This document shows, piece after piece, positions 43,643-56,653 of a stretch of 64,000 bases of DNA. The stretch covers positions 8,742,001 to 8,806,000 of the forward strand of contig CM022677.1 in the NCBI GenBank assembly GCA_012295275.1. Reading direction: 5' to 3'. Both the position numbers and the translations under genes were made by a program. Below the pieces are notes generated by a model. That model ran no database searches. It was not told where the DNA came from and was given only the letters and a program-made list of their open reading frames with translations. Within the stretch, counting starts at the first letter, position 1. The number at the start of each line of letters is the position of its first letter. The stretch is from Chrysomallon squamiferum. Taxonomy: Eukaryota; Animalia; Mollusca.

Positions 43643-45239
43643 TTGTATATTTGTGTATGTTTTTTTATGTGTGTGTATGCATATATGTATGCATGTGTGT
43701 GTATGTCTGTATGTATATGTGTATATGTATATGGGCGTGTTTACATGTGGGTGTGTAAGTGTCTGTGTATATTTGTTTGACTGTGTGCATATGTATATGT
43801 ATGTATGTATGTATGGACGTATTTGTGTGTGTGTGTGTATGTATTTGAGTCTGTGTATGTACGTATGTCACCTGAGTCGCCGCGATCTCCAATATCACCT
43901 CTTGGACCTGAAAATAACAGTAAAAAATAACTTACTTACTTACTTATTTATTTATTTATAATGTTTATTTATTTTTCTACTGTATACATCTAAATATTTT
44001 TTTTATGGTTAACCTATGTGTTCATTTATGGTTATTTTTATGTAGATGTTAGTGCTAGAGTCCTTTTGTACTATATGTGTGTCTCTGTGTGTTTCTGTCT
44101 GTATGTCTGAGAGTGCGTGCGTGTGTGTTAGTGATTCTGTGCGTGTTACTGTTTACGTCTTTATAATTAAATAATCCCATGTGTCCTTGTTTTTTAATCG
44201 ATTGTGGATGAACGTAAATAATTTTACCTAACACACACAATTTAGAAGCATTGCTGCAGTGTTTTTCTAGTAGTCGTTCCTGAAATATTAAACGTGGCAG
44301 ATATTTATAGGTAGTTCAATTTATGTATTTGCTATTTTACCATAGCTTTTAGTGAATAAAAGACCATACTGGCAAGCGAAGACGAAAGCACATAATTAAT
44401 TAACTTACTGTGGAGAAACGTTATCTTCAGAACAAAGTAAATTATGAATAAATATCTTTTAAGGAGATAATGATTTACCTGTATTTTCATCATGTTTGTC
44501 AAAACACTGCCCGTGCTTTGTGACGCGCGTGCATTTCTCGTCAAACGTCTTTGTTTTATTGTTTCCACCATCTACAAATTAATGTTAACGGTAACAGGCA
44601 TGAGCTCATAAGAAAAGTTTAAGAAGAAAATGTAACTGTTTTGTGGAAATATATGTAACAAATGAAATATAGGCCTATTAAAGAAAGTCCATTATGAACG
44701 TTGTATCTTTTCTTGTTTTTGTTTCCTAATTTAGTGACAATGCAAAAGAACCTTTATGCACACAAAACTATTTTTTAAAACGAAGTAAAATAAAACAAAA
44801 ATATAACAAACAAAAATTAACAAGGCATTTACAGTGCTGCTATTGTCTTAATAAATATCTATCCACAAGTATACTTTTATTTTTTGTTGTTGATTTGGTT
44901 GTTATTACTACCAGAACCACTATTACTATTTACTAGTAGTATTACTATAACTACTACTACTTCTTTTACTATACTTATTATTTATAAGCCATAATATTTT
45001 AAAATATTTACAAAATCGCGGGAACTGGCAGACGACATAAAAGTTTCTAGACTTCTTTCTGAGAATGTTTTACAGTTTTCTTTTAAAAAATTAATCTTCT
45101 CTTGAAGAGCACCATATTCCCGTTCCAAATAAGCCTGCTCTCGAAAATGGAGGAAGTAAAAGCTGACGAAAATAAAAACTTGAACAACACAGATTAAATA
45201 GAGTAGTCCTAGAAGAAATGAGTGAAAATGTGCCGCCAT
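39736..45239 (-). CDS. Type II transmembrane collagen with Ig and two MAM domains (colmedin/MACIT-like), about 671 aa, 13 exons: 45239-45012, 44571-44479, 44279-44228, 43907-43872, 43397-43119, 43020-42904, 42766-42539, 42122-41988, 41740-41583, 41358-41166, 40852-40721, 40446-40286, 39939-39736
   Basis: N-terminal hydrophobic segment [23 protein letters not shown], a heptad-like stalk, basic [11 protein letters not shown]-x6-C, 45 Gly-X-Y triplets and CTC. Ig: SLNC...LTW...GTYIC. MAM repeats: CNFD...C.W...GP..DHTT, G.Y.YIE, C..F...MHG and GDIAVDD/SDLAIDD. The phase-consistent chain totals 2016 nt; the exon 10/11 junction has alternative solutions. Confidence 0.88.
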
Positions 45240-45373
45240 TTTGTTTTACTACATCAAAAATGAAAATCCTGAGATTATCATAAAGATAACATCTGATAAC
45301 ATAAAATGATTAAAATTATGTCGTGAGAAATAACAGAAGGTTCATGGTTAATATTTGTGTAAGTATATATATA

Positions 45374-45409
<36 letters not shown>

Positions 45410-45576
45410 CGCGCGTATATAAAAACAGAATATAAAAGGACTAATCATATTTATTTATTTATTTAGTTTTGTTTTGTTTTTAAATCCATGTCTTATATCT
45501 TGCTATGCAAATTTATCTAAATAAATAAATAAATAAATCATTTTGGGGAAATAGTTAAAAATATATTATCAAATTA

Positions 45577-45607
<31 letters not shown>

Positions 45608-45830
45608 CGAAGAAAAAAAAAAGAAAGAAATAAACCCAGAAAGAAAGAAAAAAAAAAGTAAAAAAATTAATTATCGTTTTTCGTAATAATAATAATTTTA
45701 TATTTTGTAAAACGTACACATGAATCTGTGACGTAGAACCCATCTGATTACAGAATTCAGCTACCAGCAGAAACGCGGAAGGGGTTAGTGTATTGTACAA
45801 TTCTTAGGACCTTTCTTCCGGTATATATTT
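45240..45830. promoter_or_regulatory. Divergent promoter between the collagen-MAM gene (-) and FBXL17 (+); probable FBXL17 non-coding exon ending at 45820
   Basis: Head-to-head arrangement. tgacgta, gcggaag and cttccgg (ETS/CRE-like) motifs at 45729-45822. Donor CCG|gtatat at 45820 and acceptor ttacag at 46213 just before the ATG. Confidence 0.5.
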
Positions 45831-46236
45831 CTTATTTGATCTTAATTTGCTCAGATTACGTTTTGTAACAATCTGAAGCGTCCTTATTATTTCTAGAAAT
45901 AGTTTTACTTTGTTGAAATTACTGATGCAAAATTAATGCAAATCCTTTTCTCAAAAAAGAAAACAAACCGAAAGCAGATCTAAACAAAAATAATTCATAA
46001 CAAACGAAACATAACACGCCATTCTCCTTAAAACTTATGAAAAGAAACAAGTAATAATATATAGAGTTATGTGCAGATTATTAATTTATGGATTTATTTT
46101 GAGCGACTACTACTATATCACTACTAATGTTTACTACTATATACTATTATTATTACTAACTTACTTAGAAAAGGTTATAAGGTTATTAACCAAAAAACAT
46201 TCTGTTATTACAGAGCTGAGGTGGATTAGCATTGAG

Positions 46237-49200
46237 ATGTGTTCAATGTCAGAGTTTGCTGATGTCAAAGAGGATCTGTCATGTGACACAGGTGACACAG
46301 GTGACAGTGACAAACTGGACACACTTAGTGAGTCTTCTAGTGACACCCTGGATCACAAAAACAGTGATGGCCTCTCCAATCCGGTCATCTGTGTTGACAT
46401 CTGTGAACAAAACATGTGTGATGCAGGACCGTGCAAGAAGCAAAGAGTGACAACCAAGTCTGCTGCGTCTGATTTGCAGAGTATTTTTCATTCAACAGAA
46501 AATAATTTAAATAACAGCAGTGTGTATTCTGGTCCTGACTGGAGCTCAGATCAAGATAACCTGAATAATGATGTCTGTTGTAACCGTGGCAACACCTCAT
46601 GCAGAGTGGGTAAAAGTTCATCACCAAATTGTCTTTGCATGTGTATGGAGAATGTATTGAATCCAGTCGTTAGAAGCAACAATGAAAGCTTTTCATCTTC
46701 TTTTAATCATCCAGATGATTGTGTTGAAAATGTGGATGATTCTGAGTCTAAGAACTGTCTGCCTCACTTTGTGGGAAATGATGAAAGGCAGGAAAAGAGA
46801 TCTGATGAGTTATCCTCATTCGAGAGTTACATTCCTTTAAGTGTCAACCATTCCTCAAGCAATGACCTTGACAATATTAAAGATGAAAAATATTTTGATA
46901 AACAAATTGCAGGCTCAACCTGTGAGTTATCATCACTAAACAAAAGTGATAGGCCTCTAGAAGACTATAATTTTCTAAATCAAAAAGAAAATATTAAAGC
47001 AGATAACAATCTATATCCAACGTCTGATGTCAAAAGACCAGAAATTTCATCAAATTCTGTTAATGTTGAGGTTGAAGAAAAAAAATATATAAAGATAAAA
47101 AAATTATTAGTGCCAAAGGAAAACATTCCTGCCAAAGTTATAAGACCACACAGAAACTATGACAACGATACAAGGGATTTGAGAATCTTCAGATTCCTCT
47201 TAGACAGCAACACAAACTGCTGTAACAAGGAATATCACCCACCAACAGCATCAACATCAACATCAGCAAGCTCGGCAGAATTAATTGGTCAGCAGACGAC
47301 TCTAGCTGTTTCTGGTAAAAATATGGCCGAGACACAACTGAATTTTATTGTTTCTGATAAAAATATGGTTGATGGTCAACTGCCTGAGTTTGAAACAGAC
47401 ATTTTACTGGGGAGAGTAAGATTTTCAGACCTCCCGTTTGCCATTTTACTAAACATATTCCAATACCTATCTGTTTACGATCTTCTCTGCAAAGTCTGCC
47501 TCGTCTGTCGCCAGTGGCACGAGGCATCACATGACCCATCACTATGGCGACGGATCAGTCTGGTTGGCCAGAGCAAGCTCAGTGACAGTGCACTGGATAG
47601 AGTGACCTCGTTCAGTGACCGTGTACTTTATCTTGACCTCACTGACTGCAGAGAAAAATCTGTTTCTGAATCCGGCTTCATTTCCATGCTGAAAAAATGT
47701 CGATACCTGAAAACATTAAAAATTGCAAGGTAAAAGACATTTTTTTGATTTTTACTTTGTTTGTTATTAATTATAATAATAGTTCTTTTTAGTCATGGAA
47801 TATTTGAACTTTGTCAGTTGATTATTGGAAACTGATTCACGACATTAAAGCTGGATCTACTTGAATATACAGAATCATCTGTTTTAGTATATTTATTTCT
47901 TGAACTTTTAATCCATATGATGCACCCAGTCTAGTATATCTGTAACTAACATATTTCTCTGCACACACATAGATATGATAACATTAACATTAGCAAACTT
48001 AATAATGATATGTATGTGTGTACATGTGTTTGTGTATTTATGCATAAACACCTATATAAATACACAACATTGTATTTACTAATTAATTATTAACTATTTA
48101 TTATTATGATTTAATAATAATATGTATGTATGTATGTATATTTGTATATATGTTTTTATGTATATTTGTATGTAAATATGTATATATGTATGTTTGTATG
48201 TAATTAATTAGTTATTAATTGATAACTCTTTCAGGCATTATGGATTAACAGAGGATGCATTTGTACATATTGGTATGTGTTGCCCTGCTCTTCGTCATAT
48301 TAATTTTGACCTGTGTTATTCCTGTGTTACAGACAAAACTTTAACAGCCGTGAGTTTGTTAAAAAAATTTAAGAATATTTCTTATTTAATTGTGACCATT
48401 TCTCTCTGTGTTTGTATTATGCTTTCATACAGCAGAAGTAGCTTTCTCTTTCTGTAAATTTATAAAAAAGTTAATAAAGTTATTTTTAACTGTTGACTTT
48501 GCAGTTTTATAAATACATACATACACACATACACATAAATAAATATATATACATAAAAACAAACACATATATACATATGTAAATACATATATGCATACAT
48601 ACATACATACGTACACATACACATACAGACATAGAGGAATTTATCAACACTGTTTTATTTAAATTAACATTGACATGTTGCAGTTTTAAGGATCTAAAAT
48701 CTTTTATGTTTTATTCACATCAGTATATAAAAGCTATTTGTTTGGTTAAAAACATCTGTTCTGTGAAATGGTTACGTATTTCAGGTTGGTGAGGGCTGCC
48801 CATATTTGGAGTGTCTGTATATGAGTCAGTGTGCTAAGATTTCTGATGAGGGCATCGTTGCTCTTACTCGTGGATGTCCTCGACTACGACAGTTAGGAGT
48901 GGACCAGTGTGGGAAGGTATATCATTAGAATGTTTGTTTAGGTGTGTGTGTGGGTAAAGAGTGTATGATTTATTAAATTGTTAACCAACACAGATAGAGT
49001 GTACCTGTACCTGTTGTCCATGTTAATAATGTATGGTGGTATTAGTAATGTACAGATATATTAGTAATGTACAGAGATATTAGTAATGTACAGTGGTATT
49101 AGTAATATACAGATATATTAGTAATGTACAAAGATATTAGTAATGTACAGTGATATTAGTAATGTACAGAGATATTATAATGTACAGAGATATTAGTAAT

Positions 49201-51744
49201 GTACAGTGGTAATGTGCAGTGGTATTAGTAATGTACAGAGATATTAGTAATGTACAGTGGTAATGTGCAGTGTTATTAGTAATGTACACAAATATTAGTA
49301 ATGTACAGTGGTATTAGTAATGTACACAGATATTAGTAATGTACAGTGGAGTAATGTACAGTGGTAATGTGCAGTGGTATTAGTAATGTACACAGATATT
49401 AGTAATGTACAGTGGTAATGTTCAGTGGTATTAGTAATGTACAGTGATATTAGTAATGTACAGAGATATTAGTAATGTACAGTGGTAATGTGCAGTGTTA
49501 TTAGTAATGTACACAAATATTAGTAATGTACAGTGGTATTAGTAATGTACACAGATATTAGTAATGTACACAAATATTAGTAATGTACAGTGGTATTAGT
49601 AATGTACACAGATATTAGTAATGTACACAAATATTAGTAATGTACAGTGGTAATGTGCAGTGGTATTAGTAATGTACAGAGATATTAGTAATGTACAGTG
49701 GTAATGTTCAGTGGTATTAGTAATGAACAGTGATATTAGTAATGTACAGAGATATTAGTAATGTACAGTGGTAATGTGCAGTGTTATTAGTAATGTACAC
49801 AAATATTAGTAATGTACAGTGGTATTAGTAATGTACACAGATATTAGTAATGTACAGTGGTATTAGTAATGTACACAGATATTAGTAATGTACAGTGGTA
49901 TTAGTAATGTACAGAGATATTAGTAATGTACAGTGGTAATGTGCAGTGGTATTAGTAATGTACAGTGATATTAGTAATGTACAGAGATATTAGTAATGTA
50001 CAGTGGTAATGTGCAGTGTTATTAGTAATGTACACATATATTAGTAATGTACACAAATATTAGTAATGTACAGTGGTATTAGTAATGTACACAGATATTA
50101 GTAATGTACACAAATATTAGTAATGTACAGTGATATTAGTAATGTACAGAGATATTAGTAATGTACAGTGGTATTAGTAATGTACACAGATATTAGTAAT
50201 GTACAGTGGTATTAGTAATGTAGAGAGATACTAGTAATTTACAGTGATATTAGTAATGTAGAGGGATACTAGTAATGTGTAATGTTTTTTCAGATTGGAG
50301 ACAGGAGTTTACAAGAGCTAGCAGACAACTGTCCTGACTTAGAATTTCTTCATCTCTTGTCATGTGGTCTTACTGATGATGGGATACAACACTTGAGTAA
50401 GGTATGCAGCAGTACGTTTATAGATTGTGTGTGCACGTGTGTGGGCGTGTGTGTGTGCTTCTTATCTCCCAGTCTTTACATTGTTAGATAACACTGCACA
50501 AATCTATGTATGCCAGACATTTCAAATATTTATCCTTTAAAACTTTACTGTGAGGCTAAATTTTCATATATTAGATGTTTCAAACATTGATTTCTAATTT
50601 AAAAAAACCCAAAGAAAAACATTTTTTATTTTCTAATTAATCTACTAATAGTAGATACCAAACATTCAAGTAATTAATTAAGAACCTTTTTATTTTTTCT
50701 GACAGCTTATAAATCTAAAGTTACCTCCACCAGACCTTTCAATAATTATTTTTTATCTTTTTAAACTTTTGATTTTTAAACCATTACCAAATATTCATGT
50801 TAGACATAACAAATAATTAATATTTTAAACCTTTTTATATCAGACTTTCAGACATTCAGTTGTTGTTGTTGTTATTATTATTATTATTATTAACAGTTAC
50901 TAAATCTAATCAAATCAAATATTCAAGTAATTAATATTTTAAAACTTTGTATACCAGACATTCAAATGTGTTTATTCTTCTGTTTTTTTTTCACACAGTT
51001 AGTAAATCTATGCTAGACACTCAGTGATTAATCTATTAAAACATTTTATATTTTTTATATTTTTTAACAGCTATTAAATCTACGCATGCTAGACATATCC
51101 AACATTCGACAGCTGAGTTCTAAGTGTGTTGAGGGGATGGTGCGGGCGTGTAAGAAACTTGAAGTGCTCAGCGTGTCTCTGAACCGTGCCATTGATGACG
51201 AGTGTATTCGTGTCATTGTTCAACAGTGTCACAGTTTGAAGAAATTTTCATGTGTTGCCTGCAACCTCACAGACAAAGGTAAAACAGACAGACAGACCGA
51301 CAGACAGACATATTTCATTTTCTATTTCTTTCATTTATTATAATTATAAGCCAGTTAATTTTGGTATAAAGAAAATAATCATTTCCTTTGTAAATTTAAA
51401 ATAATATTGTTTGTATTAAATAAAATAATATAGTTTATGTTGTATGTATGTATTTGTCAGCACTTGAGTACATGGGCATGTACAGCAAGTCACTGGAGAG
51501 GATTGATGTTGCTTGGTGTGGTGACATCACAGACATTGGAGTCCGCTTCATTTCAGAGAACCTGGCCTCCCTTCAGTATCTTGGGCTCCTCCGTTGCAGC
51601 CAGATCACCATGGAAACGATAGATGAGCTGGTAGAAAAATTCCCACACATTTATTACTCTAATTTTGTCCTGGAGTCTCGGAAGTTGATGAGGCAGGCTG
51701 AAAAGGAAGGATTCAGAATTCCACTACCAGAGAAAGAAATTTAA
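46237..51744 (+). CDS. FBXL17: F-box/LRR-repeat protein 17, about 779 aa. Exons 46237-47729, 48235-48349, 48785-48916, 50294-50401, 51071-51278, 51461-51744
   Basis: Long disordered N-terminus, F-box LPFAILLNIFQYL...VCRQW...DPSLW and cysteine-containing LRRs. The C-terminus IDVAWCGDITDIG...LQYLGLLRC...LVEKFPHI matches FBXL17 as recalled (VDVGWCKEITDQG...LRYLGLMRC...YPHI). CDS totals 2340 nt. Confidence 0.9.
49025..50280. repeat. About 1.25-kb minisatellite (19-bp tattagtaatgtaca-gtgg/gaga/caga/caaa units plus 13-bp truncated units) filling an FBXL17 intron
   Basis: Directly visible tandem array with variant units recurring in a higher-order pattern. Confidence 0.97.
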
Positions 51745-52790
51745 CCTTAACCTTTTTGAGGTTATTTATGTTTTGTTCCGAATTTGATTATCACCCATCG
51801 GAATATTAATTCTAAAAATTTGACATTAAGATTTACCTTTTTGTTTAAAAAAAAAAAGAAGGAGTTTGACCTTTCTGGACAACTTTGAATGTTAGATTTT
51901 TAATATTCAATTTTTAATATTTGTTAATAGTAAAAGCATATATATATATATATAAATATATATAAAAAAAAGATTAATGATTAGGAATGACTATGTCTGC
52001 TATCTCTGAAGCATTTATGTTGTGTTTGGTGATATGAAATTTTAATATGAAACGATAATTTAAAAATAAACATACAATATTTTCCAATATTAGAAATTTA
52101 TTTTATTTCTTAATATAAAAATCAGAAAGATGCAAAAATAATTTGTTTTCCTTCATGGTTTAAATCGTTGTCTACTAACAACAGTACTATAAACCAGATT
52201 TTTTCTTTTTTCATTTTTTCTTTTTTTAAAAGTAATTTGAATGTGTGATTAGTAGAGTGTAAATAAAAAACATTATTTAAATGTTGTTGTTTTGTTTTTT
52301 TAATGCAAGAGAGTAGATAATTTTTTTAAACAAATCCTCTGGTTCTGCGGTTTTTGTAGTAGCTATTAGACCAACAAACCTGATCCAGATATCTAGAAAA
52401 ATTTATAATACAACAACAATAATAATAAAAACAGATAAGAATCAGAAGATAGTTATAATTTTAAAAAAAAGATGTTTAAATTAAGAAAAATATTATCTGT
52501 ACAAATTTTTATAACTGTTAAAGAAATTTTACATTAAGTACTTTTTGTTTGAATTTAGAAACATTTGACTAGCCTAATGTGCACTAATTTAAGAATGAGA
52601 TGACAGAAAATGAAAAGAGATAGATAACCTGGCCATTGTTGAATAGATATGTAGACATTAAAGTTATTTTTGTTCTTCATGATTTTTTCAAAAACAAAGT
52701 AACGGGCATTAACATCACTAACATGACTTTTGTAAACATCAGGTATGTTAGTAAGACTATTAATAAAAAAAACTAGTTTCCGATACATAC

Positions 52791-52831
<41 letters not shown>

Positions 52832-53494
52832 GTAAATCAGTTTGTCTCACAAAAATGTATGTGTATACATATATATATATATATGTTTTATTTTAATTTT
52901 TTTTATGATTTAAAAGGACTTACATATTTTACTGTGTCTAACCTTATAATAATAAGATGCAGACAAGCTGTAATTTACTTCATCAAAGAGAAAATAAGAA
53001 ATACTTAAGGTTTTAAAGAATAACAACAAATAATTTTAATACATTGTTTATTTGCATAAACTTCAAACAAACTTAAAACACATTTCTCTACCATTTTGCT
53101 TTATCTAACAACAACAACAACAACAATAACAATAATAATAATGTGTAGAACTAGCTCCTAATAATAATACGAGTGGTGTAGCAGTAGCAATAACTAATAG
53201 TAATATCGACAACTAATAATAATAGTGGTAGTAATATTAACAGTAGTAGTAGTAAAAATAATAATAATTATAGTGGTAGTAGTAGTAGTAGTAGTAATAA
53301 TAATAAAAATAGCCCTACTTTGTAGACATCTATAGTATTAGTATAAAAATCTTCTAAAGAAAAAGGTTTAATTTAAAGGAGGCAAGTTATATTATATAAA
53401 CTTTAAAAATTAATCATAAAATCAAATTGTATATTTGAGGTAAAGCTGTAATAAAGTTTATGTATAAACACATATATACTCTCATAAATAAAAA

Positions 53495-53817
53495 CAGAAA
53501 ATATTTCTAATGATAATGTAAAGATGTTTTTTTTTTTTATATATTGAGACATCTATTACAATAATTAAAAGATTGAATTGCCCAGATTATAAAGACATAT
53601 ATGTATGTATATATATATATATATATATATAAAAATTAGAAATATTGCTTATGATGATCATAATGTAAAGATTTTTTTTTACATTGAGACATCAGTTACA
53701 GTGAGACTAATAATTAAAAGATTGAGTTGTCTAGATTATAGATATATTTAGCAGTAAAATAACAAAATATTTCTAATGATGGTGTAAAGATTTTTACATT
53801 AGGACAATTTTGTTACA

Positions 53818-53864
<47 letters not shown>

Positions 53865-54160
53865 TATTATTATTATTATTATTATTATTATAATATTGTG
53901 TAGAGGTGTCTGTAATATAATATTTAATAAAATTAGAGAAACAATTTTAATGATAATGTAAACATTTTTTATTTTCAAAATACATCTATCTATTACAGCA
54001 AATTTTTGTGTAGTCTATATTATAAAGATATGCACAGTAAAAATAGAAAATATTTTAACAATAATGTAAAAGTGTTGTGTAAATTGAGCTTCTTGCTATA
54101 CATATAAATATTAATAATGAAAACATTTTTTAGTTTGAAGATATGTCTATTACACTAATT
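53495..54160. repeat. Degenerate repeat (about 5 copies, roughly 120-170 bp apart) in the Praja-like gene 3' flank
   Basis: aaatattt..aatgataatgtaaagat...gagacatctattaca recurs, interrupted by microsatellites. Confidence 0.7.
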
Positions 54161-54552
54161 AATAAAAATATTGGGTCGACTGAGATATTAAATTTAACTG
54201 CATAGAAGAAAGACTGATTAAAAATTATATAACTTTTTGTTTTGATTTAACAATATTTAAATTAGATTTGTGTTTTTCAAATTCTATAAACTGAAAAACG
54301 ATTTTCAAAATGGATTAATTTTAACATTCTTGATAAAAAAATAAATAATAATGTTAATAATAATAATAATAATAGCTGGTAGTGGTGAAAATTTCTAAAA
54401 ACATTAAAAGAAAAATTAATTTTAACCAGGCACCAGGTCATGTGTGTTGTTTTGTTTCTTCATTATATTCTTGGCACTATATACTAAATAAAACTAGAAT
54501 GGCTTACATCTACTTGAACAAAGCTAGGCACTGCTGATGTGTTTTATATAAC

Positions 54553-54589
<37 letters not shown>

Positions 54590-54970
54590 TACTTTGTATT
54601 ATGCTACACGTTTAAGCACTTAACAAATACCAAGTTACTATACTACTAATATACATTAAGTAGTTATTCTTTTTAATGGATGAATCAATCTACACTTAAA
54701 ATGCTATTTCAATTCTGTAATTTTAATACACATTAAGTACATTTTTTACTTTCTTCTAGCACTTCTGTGATCTATAATGTAAATGATTTTTGTGACTTTA
54801 AATCCTTTTCTTGTTTCGGACTGTTAGGATACTGTTTTACAACAGTAAAACCAGGCATGATTTGTTTTTTCATCCTCTTCTGTACTCCACTGTAGCTTTC
54901 CACCACCATCTGAATATCTGTGTGAAATTTGTGGTATTTTACATGTCTGCTATAATTTACTTATCATATA

Positions 54971-56616
54971 TCAGTCTACAGACTGTGCTTCAGATTGAAG
55001 AATATGTCGACAGACAGGGCAAGTCCCAGACTGAAATGTAAACAGAAAATGGAATTAGCATTTAAACATAGAATAACTGTTAGGAAATAAATTAATATAT
55101 AATAAATTTTAAAATCAAGGAATAAAAAATTAAATTAGTATTTAATTATAGAAGAAATTTCAGTTAGCAATTAAATAAAATAGAATAAAATACAAGACAT
55201 ATTGAATAAGAATTAGTATTTAAATATAGAAAAACTATTTACTTGTTTACTAGTATTTACAGATCTTTGAGAACAGAGATATCATTATTTGATTAAAATC
55301 TTTTCATTCAGTTTGATGTGTACAACATTTACTTATATTTATTGTGAATTAACTTATTAAAATAAATATAAATGTCTTTATTTTAAAACCTCCAATATAT
55401 TCATATATATTCATTTAATAGCTAATTATGTTATTAATACATAAAGTGATCAACAGGAAGTTGTATACATACACAATTTTTTATATTAATAATGATGATG
55501 ATAAACTTTAGAAAATAAAACAGAGAAAGACACCCACAGAGAGAGAGAGAGAGAGGAAACAGAAGAAGGAAAGAGAAAGGGAGATAATTACCTTGACCAG
55601 CCAGGCCTGTATACAGAGAGGGTGATAGAGGTGTTGGCATGGTAACTGAGTCAACTCTTCTCCTTCATCGAACCAGCACAGACAGATTGGACACTTCAAG
55701 TCAGGCGCTTTAATAATGAGTTAAACAATAATCTGTTAACTTTTAGACAAATAATAATTGTTCATTTCAAAAAAATAAATAATAATACTGTGTTCATTCA
55801 TTTTAAGCATAAATACAAATATTTTAACATATTAAAAGATAAAATACATATAAATGACAGAGACCAATTGCAAAAACAAAAAATGATAATAATAATATTA
55901 AATAAAAAAATAAATAAAAATTAAATAAATTATACCTGTATTGTCTTTAGTGGCTGTCACTATTTTAAGGCTGTCAATCACTGTTGGAGACACAGGGGGC
56001 GGAGCCAATTCTCCTAGTAGTTCGGGATGGACAGTCAACATCTGCATAATTACATTCTGAAAGAAAAATATTATTATTTTCCAACACCATACTGAAGTTT
56101 TGTTTTTATTCTTTTCCAAATGTGAATAGGTTTTTATTATCTTGAACCTTGTTATGTATTTTAATACTTTGTCATAAACTAACTTATCCTGAATTTTATC
56201 ACACACACACACACACACACACACAACAGTTTCAGAGACATAAGTAATAAAAACCAGACAAATGCTTTTTGTATATATTTTTAATTGTTTACTCTCTCTC
56301 TGTGTGTGTGTGTGTGTGTAATTTATATTCTCTCTGTGTGTAATATATAGTCTCTCTGTGTAATATATATTTTATGCATTTCATGTAAATTAAATTAATG
56401 TACCTGGTACATGAGTTCAATTGGATCCTGTGGCAGATGTTGCAGACCCTGTAGAAAAGGTTCCAGTGGTCTGAAGTCATCAATGCTGATGTCGAAGTTG
56501 TTGTCACCGGATGCTGCCCAATCAGACTCCCTGTAAAAGAGAAAAAACATAATTGTGATGTTTTATATAATTTTAACAAACAAATCAATACCTTTCTGAG
56601 TTGTCTCTGGGCCTTA

Positions 56617-56653
<37 letters not shown>

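Noticed and set aside
46069-46236. N-terminal 56 aa of the 554-aa ORF
   Set aside because: Mostly intronic low-complexity sequence upstream of the acceptor at 46213; ATG 46237 is preferred.
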